From: Bryobacterales bacterium
GTDB lineage: Bacteria > Acidobacteriota > Terriglobia > Bryobacterales > UBA6623
DNA length: 64,000 nt
Direction: 5' to 3'
Assembly: GCA_965207035.1 (NCBI GenBank)
Contig: OZ242259.1
Coordinates: 3,769,454 to 3,833,453, forward strand
The first letter of the stretch is position 1. Each line of letters opens with the position of its first letter. Positions 40,383-49,109 of this stretch are shown here, piece by piece. The translations under genes and the position numbers were made by a program. The notes under the pieces are model-generated. The model was not told where the DNA came from. It worked only from the letters and a program-made list of their open reading frames with translations, and did not search any database.

Positions 40383-41588
40383 GTGCGCACTCCGCTCGTC
40401 GCCTCCCTGCTACTTCCTTGCCTTCTCCAGTGCGGTGGGCCGCCCGAGCCTCCGGACACTTCCGCAGGCATCCAGACCGTCCGTCTGTATGAAGCGGAGA
40501 CGGGCGGTTACGCGCACTACCGCGTGCCGGCGATCGTGGTCTCGCCTGCCGGCACGGTGATGGTGGCTGTCGAGGCCAGGGTGAGCAGCAGCGGTGACTG
40601 GGGAGTGCAGGACATCTTGCTGAGGCGGAGCGCGGACGGGGGCGCGAGCTGGGACGAACCGCGCAAGATCGTGGACCTTTCGGGCGCTCCGGAACAAAAC
40701 CCGGCAGCCTTGGCCCAAGGCCTCGCCGAGCCGGGCGTGACGACGTACAACAATATCGTCCCGATCGTGGACGCTCCGGCCGGCGCGGTTCATTTCCTGT
40801 TTTGCAGCGCGTACGCTCGGGCGTACTACATGCGCACCGAAGACGACGGAGACACGTTTAGCGAGCCCGTGGACATCACGGATACGTTCGAGGGATTCCG
40901 CGAAGAGTACGACTGGAAGGTGCTTGCCACCGGGCCCGGCCACGGGATCCGCCATAGCAGCGGACGGCTGATTGTCCCGGTGTGGCTATCTGACGGCACC
41001 GGGGGGCATGCCCACAGGCCTTCGATCGTCTCGACAATCTACAGCGACGATGGCGGCACGAGCTGGGAACGCGGTGAGGTGGTTGTCCGGCATCCGGAAT
41101 TGAAGAATCCCTCGGAAACTCTGGCGGTCGAACTGTCGGACGGCTCAGTGATGCTGAACATTCGCCACGAGTCGCCGAACCATCGGCGCGCCGTGACCGT
41201 GTCACCGGACGGCGCGACCGGCTGGGCGGAAATCCGCTTCGATGAAGCACTTGTCGAGCCGGTCTGCATGGGCAGCTTGCTGAGAGTCGGCGACACCGTG
41301 CTGTTCGCGAATCCCGACAGCACGGAGCCGAGGAACCCAGAGAACCCTCTGGGTAGCTGGAAGAGGCAGAACTTGAGCGTTCGGCTCAGCGAGGACGAAG
41401 GTCGGACGTGGCCATACGTGCGTGTGATCGAACCCGGCGTGAGCGGATATAGCGACCTGGCTGCGGATTCCGAGGGCATGATCTATTGCGTGTACGAAGA
41501 CGGCACGCCATCGGACCGCGGCACCCACGTGAAATACCTGACGGTGGCGCGTTTCGACCTGGACTGGATTCGAGGCCGCACGCCGTAG
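40383..41588 (+). CDS. Exo-alpha-sialidase (GH33, BNR/Asp-box)
   Basis: YRVPAIVVS (RIP-type motif). Asp-boxes SADGGASW, SDDGGTSW, SPDGATGW and SEDEGRTW. GTG start with a lipoprotein-like signal. Confidence 0.88.
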   Translation: MRTPLVASLLLPCLLQCGGPPEPPDTSAGIQTVRLYEAETGGYAHYRVPAIVVSPAGTVMVAVEARVSSSGDWGVQDILLRRSADGGASWDEPRKIVDLSGAPEQNPAALAQGLAEPGVTTYNNIVPIVDAPAGAVHFLFCSAYARAYYMRTEDDGDTFSEPVDITDTFEGFREEYDWKVLATGPGHGIRHSSGRLIVPVWLSDGTGGHAHRPSIVSTIYSDDGGTSWERGEVVVRHPELKNPSETLAVELSDGSVMLNIRHESPNHRRAVTVSPDGATGWAEIRFDEALVEPVCMGSLLRVGDTVLFANPDSTEPRNPENPLGSWKRQNLSVRLSEDEGRTWPYVRVIEPGVSGYSDLAADSEGMIYCVYEDGTPSDRGTHVKYLTVARFDLDWIRGRTP

Positions 41589-41600
41589 CGGCATTCCCCA

Positions 41601-43010
41601 TCAACCCGATCGAAAGGTCGTTCTCGCGATTCGGGTGAGTTCCTTGACGATGCCGGCATTGCCGGAATCATCGATCGCATTCCGGAATTCGCCCGGGTCA
41701 TTCCGCAGGTCGAACAGCTCGCTGCGGTCCCAGCTCAGGTAGTTCAGCTTCCATCGATCGGTCCGGACCATCAAGATCGGCGGCTTTCCGACGAAGCGGT
41801 TGTCCGCGGTGAATACCCTGCGGCAGAAGTAGTACTCCGAATAGGCGAACTCGCGTGCCGCGTGCCGCTCGTCGCGCACGCTGGATGCGAACGAACGCCC
41901 GTCGATCCCGGTCGGCGCCTCGAACCCGCACAGCTCCGCCAGAGTCGGGAGCAGGTCGACCTGCTCCACCAAGTGCTCCCGGTTGGAGCCCGCGCCAGCG
42001 AGATCGGGCATGCGGACAATCAGTGGCACGCGGACCGATTGCTCGTACATGTTGTGCTTGGTCCACATGCGATGCGCGCCAGCCATCTCGCCGTGGTCCG
42101 ACGTGTACACCACGACGGTGTTCTTGTCGAGCCCGAGTTCTCTCAACGTGTCGAACACCCTTCCGACATTGGCATCCATCTGCGACACGTTCCCGTAGTA
42201 GCCTCGGATCGCTTCTCGCAGCTGGTCGTCGCTCTGGTCGTACCAACCGCGCTCCCGGGCCCGTTCCAAGTGCCCGTGAAAGCCGGTCTCCAGAGCATTG
42301 GCAGAACGCTCGGGAAGGCGGACCGCGGAACCTTTGTACAGGTCCCAGTACTTGCGGTGCGGAACTAAAGGAGTGTGGGGCATGAAGAAGGATGTCCACA
42401 GGCAGAATGGCTTGTCCCGGTGGGCGCGCAGGAATCGCACCGACTCCTCGGCATAGAAGGTGTCCCGAAACAGGCGTTCCGGCATTGCGGACGGCTTTCC
42501 GGTCGTGCCGCCGCCCCCGCCCTGGTCCTTGCGGAAGGCAGTCGCCTCCTCAGCCGTGAGGCGCGCCAAGTGCCCCGCCGCGTTCACGCGGTGACCGAAA
42601 CCGTGCCTGCGGCTCTCGTCAACGAAATGCATCTTCCCGATGGCGGCGGTCGAATACCCGCGATCCCCGAAGAAGTGCGCAACCGTGCGGGCATCGGCCG
42701 CGAGCGCATCCTGCAGCACCCTGGCCCCGTGGCGGCTCGCGTAGTTGCCGGTGATGATTGATCCGCGCGACGGCACGCAGACCGGGGACTGGCAGTATGT
42801 GCGATCGAACCGCACACCCTCGGATGCGATCTCGTCGATGTAGGGCGTCCGCGCCTCGGTGTGCCCGTAGCAGCCGGACGCGGCGGCCTGATGCTGGTCG
42901 GAACACAGAAACAGCAGGTTCGACTGCCGTGTCGCCGGAAATGCGAAGAACGGCCCCGCCGCGGCGCCCGCGAGCGCACGAATTGCTCCCCTACGTTTCA
43001 TCGAGGCCAC
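41601..43010 (-). CDS. Secreted Cys-type sulfatase
   Basis: Tat-like MKRRGAIRALAGAAAGP. NLLFLCSDQH, the formylglycine motif CVPSRGSIITG, and VVYTSDHGEM. Confidence 0.88.
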   Translation of the reverse strand: MASMKRRGAIRALAGAAAGPFFAFPATRQSNLLFLCSDQHQAAASGCYGHTEARTPYIDEIASEGVRFDRTYCQSPVCVPSRGSIITGNYASRHGARVLQDALAADARTVAHFFGDRGYSTAAIGKMHFVDESRRHGFGHRVNAAGHLARLTAEEATAFRKDQGGGGGTTGKPSAMPERLFRDTFYAEESVRFLRAHRDKPFCLWTSFFMPHTPLVPHRKYWDLYKGSAVRLPERSANALETGFHGHLERARERGWYDQSDDQLREAIRGYYGNVSQMDANVGRVFDTLRELGLDKNTVVVYTSDHGEMAGAHRMWTKHNMYEQSVRVPLIVRMPDLAGAGSNREHLVEQVDLLPTLAELCGFEAPTGIDGRSFASSVRDERHAAREFAYSEYYFCRRVFTADNRFVGKPPILMVRTDRWKLNYLSWDRSELFDLRNDPGEFRNAIDDSGNAGIVKELTRIARTTFRSG

Positions 43011-43055
43011 TATATCAGCGGCGAGCCGTCCGGGAGGGGCGCTCTGCGCGGGCAG

Positions 43056-44210
43056 TCAGTTCGACGAACGCGCCAGGCAGTACACTTCGCCGCTTCGCGA
43101 GCCGATGACAATTCGCCCGTCGGCGATGGCCGGCGATGCCACGATCCGCCCGCCAATTGCGAACTTCCACAGCAGGGAGCCGTCGGCGTGGTTGAGGGCG
43201 TACAGGTTTCCGTCCATCGAGCCAACCCAAATCACATCCCCAGCGAGTGCAGGCGAGGAATCCACCCTGGACCGGGTTTCGAACTCCCATTTCAGGGCGC
43301 CGCTTTTCTCGTCAATAGCATGCACCCGCTTGTCGCGCCCTCCAATGACGACCAGTCCATCCCGGACGACCGGGGAGGAGAAGAACTCGAAATCGGTCAC
43401 AGGATGGTCGTAGCGCCAAACCACCTGACCCTCCTTCCAGTCGATCTTGAGAACCTCGTGACCGTACGTGCCGACATAGGCGAATGCTCCGACAACAGCG
43501 GGCGAGGCTGCCACGTAGTCCTGCATGTCCACGAAGGAGTCCTCTTCGCCGGACGTGATGTCAATGACCCGAAACTTGCCGTCACAGCCCGTGGTGAATG
43601 TTTTGCCTCCGACAACCGCGGGGCTGGAGTTGATGCGATCCTCGGTTTCGTACTCCCAGAGCAACTCACCTGTCAAGGGGTCGAACGAGTACAGGTTGGC
43701 GTCGTAGGACCCGACGATCACGGCCTGGTCGCTGCAGTACGGTGATGACAGGATCTCGGCGAAGGACTGATACACCCATCGCTGCTTTCCCGATTCGATG
43801 TCAACGGCGTGAAAGTAACCTTCCTCGTCCCCGAAGAACACGGCCCCCTGGGCGATGCAACCCGACGCGGGGACGCCCAGGTTCGCCTGGTAGACCCATT
43901 TGGCTTGGCCGGATTCGAGATCGACGGCGTGGAACCTGCCGTCCATCTCGCCGAAATAGACGGTGCCATCAACGATGATCGCAGTCGAATCGACCCCGCC
44001 CGGCGCTTCATACGTCCAGGCCACTTCCAGCGGGGGGTCTAGCGGAGAGTTCGCGATGCTGTTCCGGTTGCTGCTCCCCAGAAACAGCGGCCAGTCGGCA
44101 GCCTGCAGCGCGATGGCTGCCAGCAATAGCCCGACGCACGCGGAAAGCCCAGCGGCCGCCCGCGCTCGGCTCCGATCACTGGGACGCATCTGCATTTCCA
44201 CGCTCTTCAC
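43056..44210 (-). CDS. PQQ-like (BamB-type) beta-propeller repeat protein, secreted
   Basis: Signal peptide. Repeated ..DGTVYFG..DGRFHAVDLESGQAKWVY.. units (about 7-8). Confidence 0.8.
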   Translation of the reverse strand: MKSVEMQMRPSDRSRARAAAGLSACVGLLLAAIALQAADWPLFLGSSNRNSIANSPLDPPLEVAWTYEAPGGVDSTAIIVDGTVYFGEMDGRFHAVDLESGQAKWVYQANLGVPASGCIAQGAVFFGDEEGYFHAVDIESGKQRWVYQSFAEILSSPYCSDQAVIVGSYDANLYSFDPLTGELLWEYETEDRINSSPAVVGGKTFTTGCDGKFRVIDITSGEEDSFVDMQDYVAASPAVVGAFAYVGTYGHEVLKIDWKEGQVVWRYDHPVTDFEFFSSPVVRDGLVVIGGRDKRVHAIDEKSGALKWEFETRSRVDSSPALAGDVIWVGSMDGNLYALNHADGSLLWKFAIGGRIVASPAIADGRIVIGSRSGEVYCLARSSN

Positions 44211-44232
44211 GACTCACGCCCAAGGGGTCCGC

Positions 44233-45204
44233 CTAGAACGTCGCAATCGGGTTGAACGGGCTGCCTGTACCGCCCCCGACGGCAATCGGGGCGGCCGTAA
44301 CAAGAAACTCCCAGCGATTCTGACGGGCCGCTTCCTGGGCGACCGCTTCCAGGTCCAGGTTGTCGAAGATCGGCATGCCCATCGCGATGATGACCAATTG
44401 ATGGATCGGCTGGTTCACGCCCTCGACGAGAGAGGGCGAGACATCGCTCGCGGCGTCGCTTCCAAGGATCGCGGCGTCGCGGTCCTTCAGCCACTTGGCC
44501 GCCGAAGCGTGCAACCCGGCGGATTTGGAAGACACGTCCCACGGGCCCTCCGTGTCCCTCCGAGCCCAGCGGCCCGTGCGGATCAGGACGATGTCACCGC
44601 TACCGGTCGAGAACCCAGCCTCCTTCTCCCATGCATCCAGGTCGGAGGAGTAGATCGGCGTTTCCGGCTCGAGCCAATCCACCCCCTTCAAGCGGGGAAT
44701 GTCCATCAACACCGCACGACCGAATATGCCTTCCTTGAAGTTCGTCACCCCGAGCCTGGCCGCCCCTTCGGCAACCACCTCGGCTTGCGGGAAGCCGTTG
44801 TACATCTTGCCGTCGAACGCCATGTGGCACAGCGAGTCCATGTGAGTGTGGGCGTAGCCGTGGTAGCTCACCTGAAAATCGTCCGAAACGAACTGACCGG
44901 GGTTGTTCAGGCCGACGTTCAGCATCTTGTGCAGGAAGGGCCTGGGGTTGTCGACCGCAGCCTCCTTTTCCACGTCACGCGCCAGCGAGACCGATACCCC
45001 CTGGGTCACCAGTTTCGCGGCTGCCAAGCGGGTTTCCGGAGTAATCAGGTTGATGGCGCCAAGCTGGTCCTCCGCCCCCCAACGACCCCAGTTCGAAAGC
45101 GTCTGCATCCACTCGTCGACGTCAGCCTTGGTCACCTTGGGCTGGCCGTATGCGCAAGCAATCGCTAGCAGGAGAGCCGGAAATATCAGGATCTTTTTCG
45201 TCAC
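44233..45204 (-). CDS. Cyclase family protein (kynurenine formamidase-like fold), secreted
   Basis: Signal MTKKILIFPALLLAIACAYG. WGAEDQLGAINLIT and HGYAHTHMDSLCH (metal motif). Confidence 0.72.
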   Translation of the reverse strand: MTKKILIFPALLLAIACAYGQPKVTKADVDEWMQTLSNWGRWGAEDQLGAINLITPETRLAAAKLVTQGVSVSLARDVEKEAAVDNPRPFLHKMLNVGLNNPGQFVSDDFQVSYHGYAHTHMDSLCHMAFDGKMYNGFPQAEVVAEGAARLGVTNFKEGIFGRAVLMDIPRLKGVDWLEPETPIYSSDLDAWEKEAGFSTGSGDIVLIRTGRWARRDTEGPWDVSSKSAGLHASAAKWLKDRDAAILGSDAASDVSPSLVEGVNQPIHQLVIIAMGMPIFDNLDLEAVAQEAARQNRWEFLVTAAPIAVGGGTGSPFNPIATF

Positions 45205-45296
45205 GCAATCAGCTTACCAACACCTGTGCCTGGGCTCCCACCAGGCGCTTGCCCCGGCTTGCGGCCGGAACCGCTGGTGTACGCTGGGAATCGGCG

Positions 45297-45899
45297 ATGT
45301 TCGTCAACAGCGAGCGCAAGCGGCTCCAGGAGGAGCACCGCAAGAAGGGCAGGCTCCCTCCCGGCCAGTCCCTCACCTTGAAATGGCCCGTGCTCCACGT
45401 GGGGCCGGTCCCGGAGTTCGATCCGGCGACATGGCGGTTCTCGGTTGGGGGCTTGGTGCAGCGACCGTTCGAGCTGGCCTGGGAGGAGTTCCAGGCTCTC
45501 CCGCGAATCCGGATCGAGGCGGATTTCCACTGCGTCACGACCTGGAGCAAGTTCGACAACGTCTGGGAAGGAGTCGCGCTCCGCACGATCGTCGACCGCG
45601 CCGCGCCGCTGGAAAGCGCCAGCCACGTGATCCAGCACTGCGACGGCGGCTACACCACCAACACGCCGCTGGAAGACCTGTTGCGAGACAACGTCCTGCT
45701 AGCTGACACCCACAGTCCGGAGCCGCTCACGCCCGTTCACGGCGGCCCGTTGCGGATGATCATCCCGCACCTTTACGCGTGGAAGAGCTCCAAGTGGATC
45801 CGGGGGCTGGAGTTCGCCGGCCGCGACCGTGCCGGGTATTGGGAGGAGCGCGGATACCACATGTACGGTGACCCCTTCCGCGAGCAGCGCTTCGGCTAG
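45297..45899 (+). CDS. Sulfite-oxidase-like molybdopterin oxidoreductase domain protein
   Basis: ORF trimmed to the ATG at 45297. Contains LPPGQ.......PVLH.G..P......W.F.V.GLV, ADFHCVTTWSK, GGPLRMIIPHLY.WKS.KW and YWE.RGYH..GDP. Confidence 0.8.
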   Translation: MFVNSERKRLQEEHRKKGRLPPGQSLTLKWPVLHVGPVPEFDPATWRFSVGGLVQRPFELAWEEFQALPRIRIEADFHCVTTWSKFDNVWEGVALRTIVDRAAPLESASHVIQHCDGGYTTNTPLEDLLRDNVLLADTHSPEPLTPVHGGPLRMIIPHLYAWKSSKWIRGLEFAGRDRAGYWEERGYHMYGDPFREQRFG

Positions 45900-45910
45900 G
45901 TTCTCGATCC

Positions 45911-46330
45911 ATGCTCGCCCAGCTTGTCCGCCGTTTTCTCCGCCGCGGCGCAGCTCCCGCTCCGGAGCTTCGCGGGCGACCCGCGATCCGCCGCGAGAAG
46001 TCCTACGCCGCCGACAGCGGCTACGTCTACCAATACACGTACGAGGGCTACCGGCCGGCCACCCGCGACGGTGTCAAGGGGCGTCAGTTCGTGTTCGACT
46101 GCAGCTCGGACCGCGCGTCGCGGTTTTCGCTCAGTATTTTCGCGCCGACCGACAGCTTCGCGGAGTGGGAGCGCGACGCCGATCGCGAACTCAACGAGGT
46201 CGAGCGCTACGCCGTCGTCAAGATGCGCCTCTTTGAGATCTTTGACGAGTCGGAGTACATTCGCGGGCGCCTCGAAGCGGAGCTGAACACCGAACAGGTC
46301 GAGCGCCACGTCGAGGCTCTCGACTTGTGA
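45911..46330 (+). CDS. Hypothetical protein (139 aa)
   Basis: Coding-like composition. Lies 11 nt after the preceding gene and abuts the DUF885 gene. No motif recognised (..SGYVYQYTYEGYR..FVF..). Confidence 0.5.
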   Translation: MLAQLVRRFLRRGAAPAPELRGRPAIRREKSYAADSGYVYQYTYEGYRPATRDGVKGRQFVFDCSSDRASRFSLSIFAPTDSFAEWERDADRELNEVERYAVVKMRLFEIFDESEYIRGRLEAELNTEQVERHVEALDL

Positions 46331-46356
46331 CAGACGGCCAACCGTACAATAGGCCC

Positions 46357-48075
46357 ATGATGCTCAGAGTCGGCATGGTGGCGGGCGCGCTCGCGCTGGT
46401 AGCTTGCGAGCCCGTGCCGCCATCGCAAGACACGGAATTCGAGGCTCTGGCGGGCCAGTACGTGGAGAGCCTCCTTGAGAGGTATCCGGAATTCGCGACC
46501 TCTCTGGGCGACCATCGCTACGACGCACGCCTGAACGACTATACGGCCGACGCGGTCGCGGCGGGCATCGCCTGGAACCAGGCCTACCTGAAACGGACGG
46601 ACGGCATCGATCCCGCCAGGCTGAGCCCGGGCCACGCGGTCGACTTCGAAATCCTGCGCAACCACCTCCGCTTCAGCATCTGGTCGGACGAAGTCCTAGG
46701 CGAGCACGAGTGGAACCCGCTCCGATATGGCGTTGGAAACGCCCTGTACTCACTGCTGGCGCGGGAATTCGCGCCAATCGAGGAGCGGCTCGCAAACCTC
46801 CGCGAGCGCCTGCTGGGCGTGGGGGCGGTCGTGGAGGCGGCCAAGGCGAACCTTTCGAACCCTCCCCGCGTTCACACGGAGACGGCGATCCGCCAGAACG
46901 CCGGTGCGGTCTCGCTGATTCGCGATGACCTCGACGAGATCCTGGCGCGCGCTCCGGAACTTGCCGACAGCCTGGCGACGGCACGGGAGTTCGCGGCGCG
47001 GACGCTGGAGGAGTACGGTACCTGGCTGCGCGACGACCTGCTGCCCCGCTCGAACGGTGCGTTCCGGATCGGTCCCGAAAAATACCGTGCCAAGCTGGCG
47101 TTCACGCTACAGTCGGACCTCGCGATGGAGGAAATCCTCGATAGGGCCGAGCGCAGGCTGGAGGAACTTCATGGCGAGCTCCACGAGACGGCGCTGCCGC
47201 TGTATCGCGAAATGCATCCGGACGCGTCTCTGGACGTGGACCGCAAGGCGATTATCCGGGCCGTCCTGGAAGAACTGGCCGACTCGCACCCGACCGACGA
47301 ATCCATCGTGGACGACGCGCGGCGCAGCTTGGCCGAGGTCACCGAGTTCACCCGGGCCAAGCAGTTGGTGAGCGTTCCGGAGCAGCCGCTCCAGATCATC
47401 GTGATGCCCGAGTTCCGGCGCGGCGTTTCCACCGCCTATTGCGACTCCCCCGGCCCCCTGGAGAAGAGCGGGGAGACATTCTACGCGATCTCCCCCACGC
47501 CCGAGGACTGGACCGCCGAACGCAAGCTGTCGCTGTACCGCGAATACAACGACGACATGCTGCGCGACCTGACCGTCCACGAGGCGATCCCGGGCCACTA
47601 CCTGCAGATCGCGCATTCGAACCGGACCGAGGCGCCGACTCTGATCCGCTCGATCTTCTACTCCGGCACCTTCGTGGAGGGCTGGGCAGTCTACGCGGAG
47701 CAGGTGATGGCCGAACATGGGTTTGGCGGCGCCCGCTTCAAGATGCAGCAGCTAAAAATGCTCACCAGGGCTGTGATCAACACGATTCTGGACCAGAAGA
47801 TCCACGCGGGTTCGATGACGGAGCAGGAGGCGATGGACCTGATGATGCAGGAAGGCTTCCAAGAGGACGGAGAGGCGGCGGGCAAGTGGATTCGCGCGCA
47901 GCTGACTTCGGCGCAATTGTCGACGTACTTCGTTGGGATCGCCGAGCACAACGACATGCGTCGGGCGTGGACGGACCGCAACGGACCGATTTCCGACTGG
48001 CAGGCCTACCACGACATGGTCCTTTCCCACGGCTCACCGCCCGTAAGGTACGTTCGCAGCTTGCTGGGACTGTAG
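46357..48075 (+). CDS. DUF885 family protein (metallopeptidase-like), lipoprotein
   Basis: Lipobox MMLRVGMVAGALALVAC (ORF trimmed from GTG 46327). LGDHRYD, FEIL and HEAIPGHYLQ (HExxxGH-like) are typical of DUF885. Confidence 0.8.
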   Translation: MMLRVGMVAGALALVACEPVPPSQDTEFEALAGQYVESLLERYPEFATSLGDHRYDARLNDYTADAVAAGIAWNQAYLKRTDGIDPARLSPGHAVDFEILRNHLRFSIWSDEVLGEHEWNPLRYGVGNALYSLLAREFAPIEERLANLRERLLGVGAVVEAAKANLSNPPRVHTETAIRQNAGAVSLIRDDLDEILARAPELADSLATAREFAARTLEEYGTWLRDDLLPRSNGAFRIGPEKYRAKLAFTLQSDLAMEEILDRAERRLEELHGELHETALPLYREMHPDASLDVDRKAIIRAVLEELADSHPTDESIVDDARRSLAEVTEFTRAKQLVSVPEQPLQIIVMPEFRRGVSTAYCDSPGPLEKSGETFYAISPTPEDWTAERKLSLYREYNDDMLRDLTVHEAIPGHYLQIAHSNRTEAPTLIRSIFYSGTFVEGWAVYAEQVMAEHGFGGARFKMQQLKMLTRAVINTILDQKIHAGSMTEQEAMDLMMQEGFQEDGEAAGKWIRAQLTSAQLSTYFVGIAEHNDMRRAWTDRNGPISDWQAYHDMVLSHGSPPVRYVRSLLGL

Positions 48076-48079
48076 ACCG

Positions 48080-49063
48080 ATGCATGGCGATCGACCAAAC
48101 GGCAAGGCGCCCGTCTCACAGCCTTCGCCGAAGCGCGATTGGATGCCCGGATTCCGTCTGCAGGGCGCGGCCAGGACGGCTGCAGCGGCTGCTGCGATCG
48201 GCCTGCTCGTGCCGGCGTGTTCAGTCAAGAAATTCGCCGTGCGTCAGGTGGGCGACGCGCTGTCGTCGGGAACTTCCGTTTACGAGACGGACCCAGATAT
48301 CGATCTTGTCGGCGGCGCGCTTCCGTTCAGCCTAAAGTTCCTGGAGAGCCTGCTCGATGTGACGCCGCGCCATCGCGGGCTCCTGGTGTCGGCGGCCAAG
48401 GGATTCGCCCTCTACTCCCTGGCTTACGTGGACATGCCGGGGGAGATCCTGATCGAGCAGGACTTCCAAGCGGGGAAGGCGCTCAGGGAGCGCGCCCGGC
48501 GACTCTACCTCCGGTCGCTCGGGTACAGTATGCGAGCCCTCGAGACAGCCTATCCGGGAATCGCCGGCGAGTTCGGGCAGGCCCCCGAGCACGCGGCTCG
48601 CCGCGTGCAAAGGAAGCATGTCGACCTGCTGTATTGGGCCGGCGCGGCGCTGGGCCTCTCGATTTCCACCGATCCGACCAACCCGGCCCTGGTAGTCCGG
48701 CTTGGCGAGGTGGACGCCATGGTCGGCCGAGCCCTAGAACTCGACGAGAGCTGGGACCAAGGCTCGCTCCACGAATTCCTCTTGCGGCTGGAAGCTGCCA
48801 GGCCGGGCGCTGCGGACAAGGCCAGGGTCGAGAGCAGTTTTCGCCGCGCGCTCGATCTGTCAGGCGGGCGCCGCGCGGGCCTGTACGTTGCCTATGCCGA
48901 GTCGTTCGCGGTGCCCGCCCAGGACCGCGCGCTATTCGACGAATTGCTCGACAAGGCGCTCGCGATGGATGCGGACGAGTTCGAGGAGTACCGTCTCCTG
49001 AACCACCTCGCACAGCGCAGGGCGCAGTGGCTCCGATCGAGGACGGACGACTTATTCTTCTAG
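48080..49063 (+). CDS. tatT: TRAP transporter TatT component family lipoprotein (TPR-like)
   Basis: Lipobox ..IGLLVPAC (alternative start 48143). The C-terminus HEFLLRLEAARPG...FRRALDLSGGRRAGLYVAYAES......FDELLDKAL.MD.....EYRLLN.LAQRRAQWLRSRTDDLFF fits the TatT family as I recall it. Confidence 0.75.
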   Translation: MHGDRPNGKAPVSQPSPKRDWMPGFRLQGAARTAAAAAAIGLLVPACSVKKFAVRQVGDALSSGTSVYETDPDIDLVGGALPFSLKFLESLLDVTPRHRGLLVSAAKGFALYSLAYVDMPGEILIEQDFQAGKALRERARRLYLRSLGYSMRALETAYPGIAGEFGQAPEHAARRVQRKHVDLLYWAGAALGLSISTDPTNPALVVRLGEVDAMVGRALELDESWDQGSLHEFLLRLEAARPGAADKARVESSFRRALDLSGGRRAGLYVAYAESFAVPAQDRALFDELLDKALAMDADEFEEYRLLNHLAQRRAQWLRSRTDDLFF

Positions 49064-49080
49064 CCCGGTGCCGGCCCTAT

Positions 49081-49095
49081 CAGCCCGTGGATAAA
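49081..49095. repeat. IS left terminal inverted repeat
   Basis: cagcccgtggataaa, the exact reverse complement of 50532-50546. Confidence 0.95.
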
Positions 49096-49109
49096 GTCGA
49101 CCGTCGCGA

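Noticed and set aside
43056-44210. The PQQ-like propeller as the missing quinoprotein dehydrogenase for the 30-32.7 kb trio.
   Set aside because: It has only 384 aa of BamB-type repeats and none of the size or features of PQQ dehydrogenases (about 600 aa). It lies 10 kb away on the other strand in an unrelated gene context.
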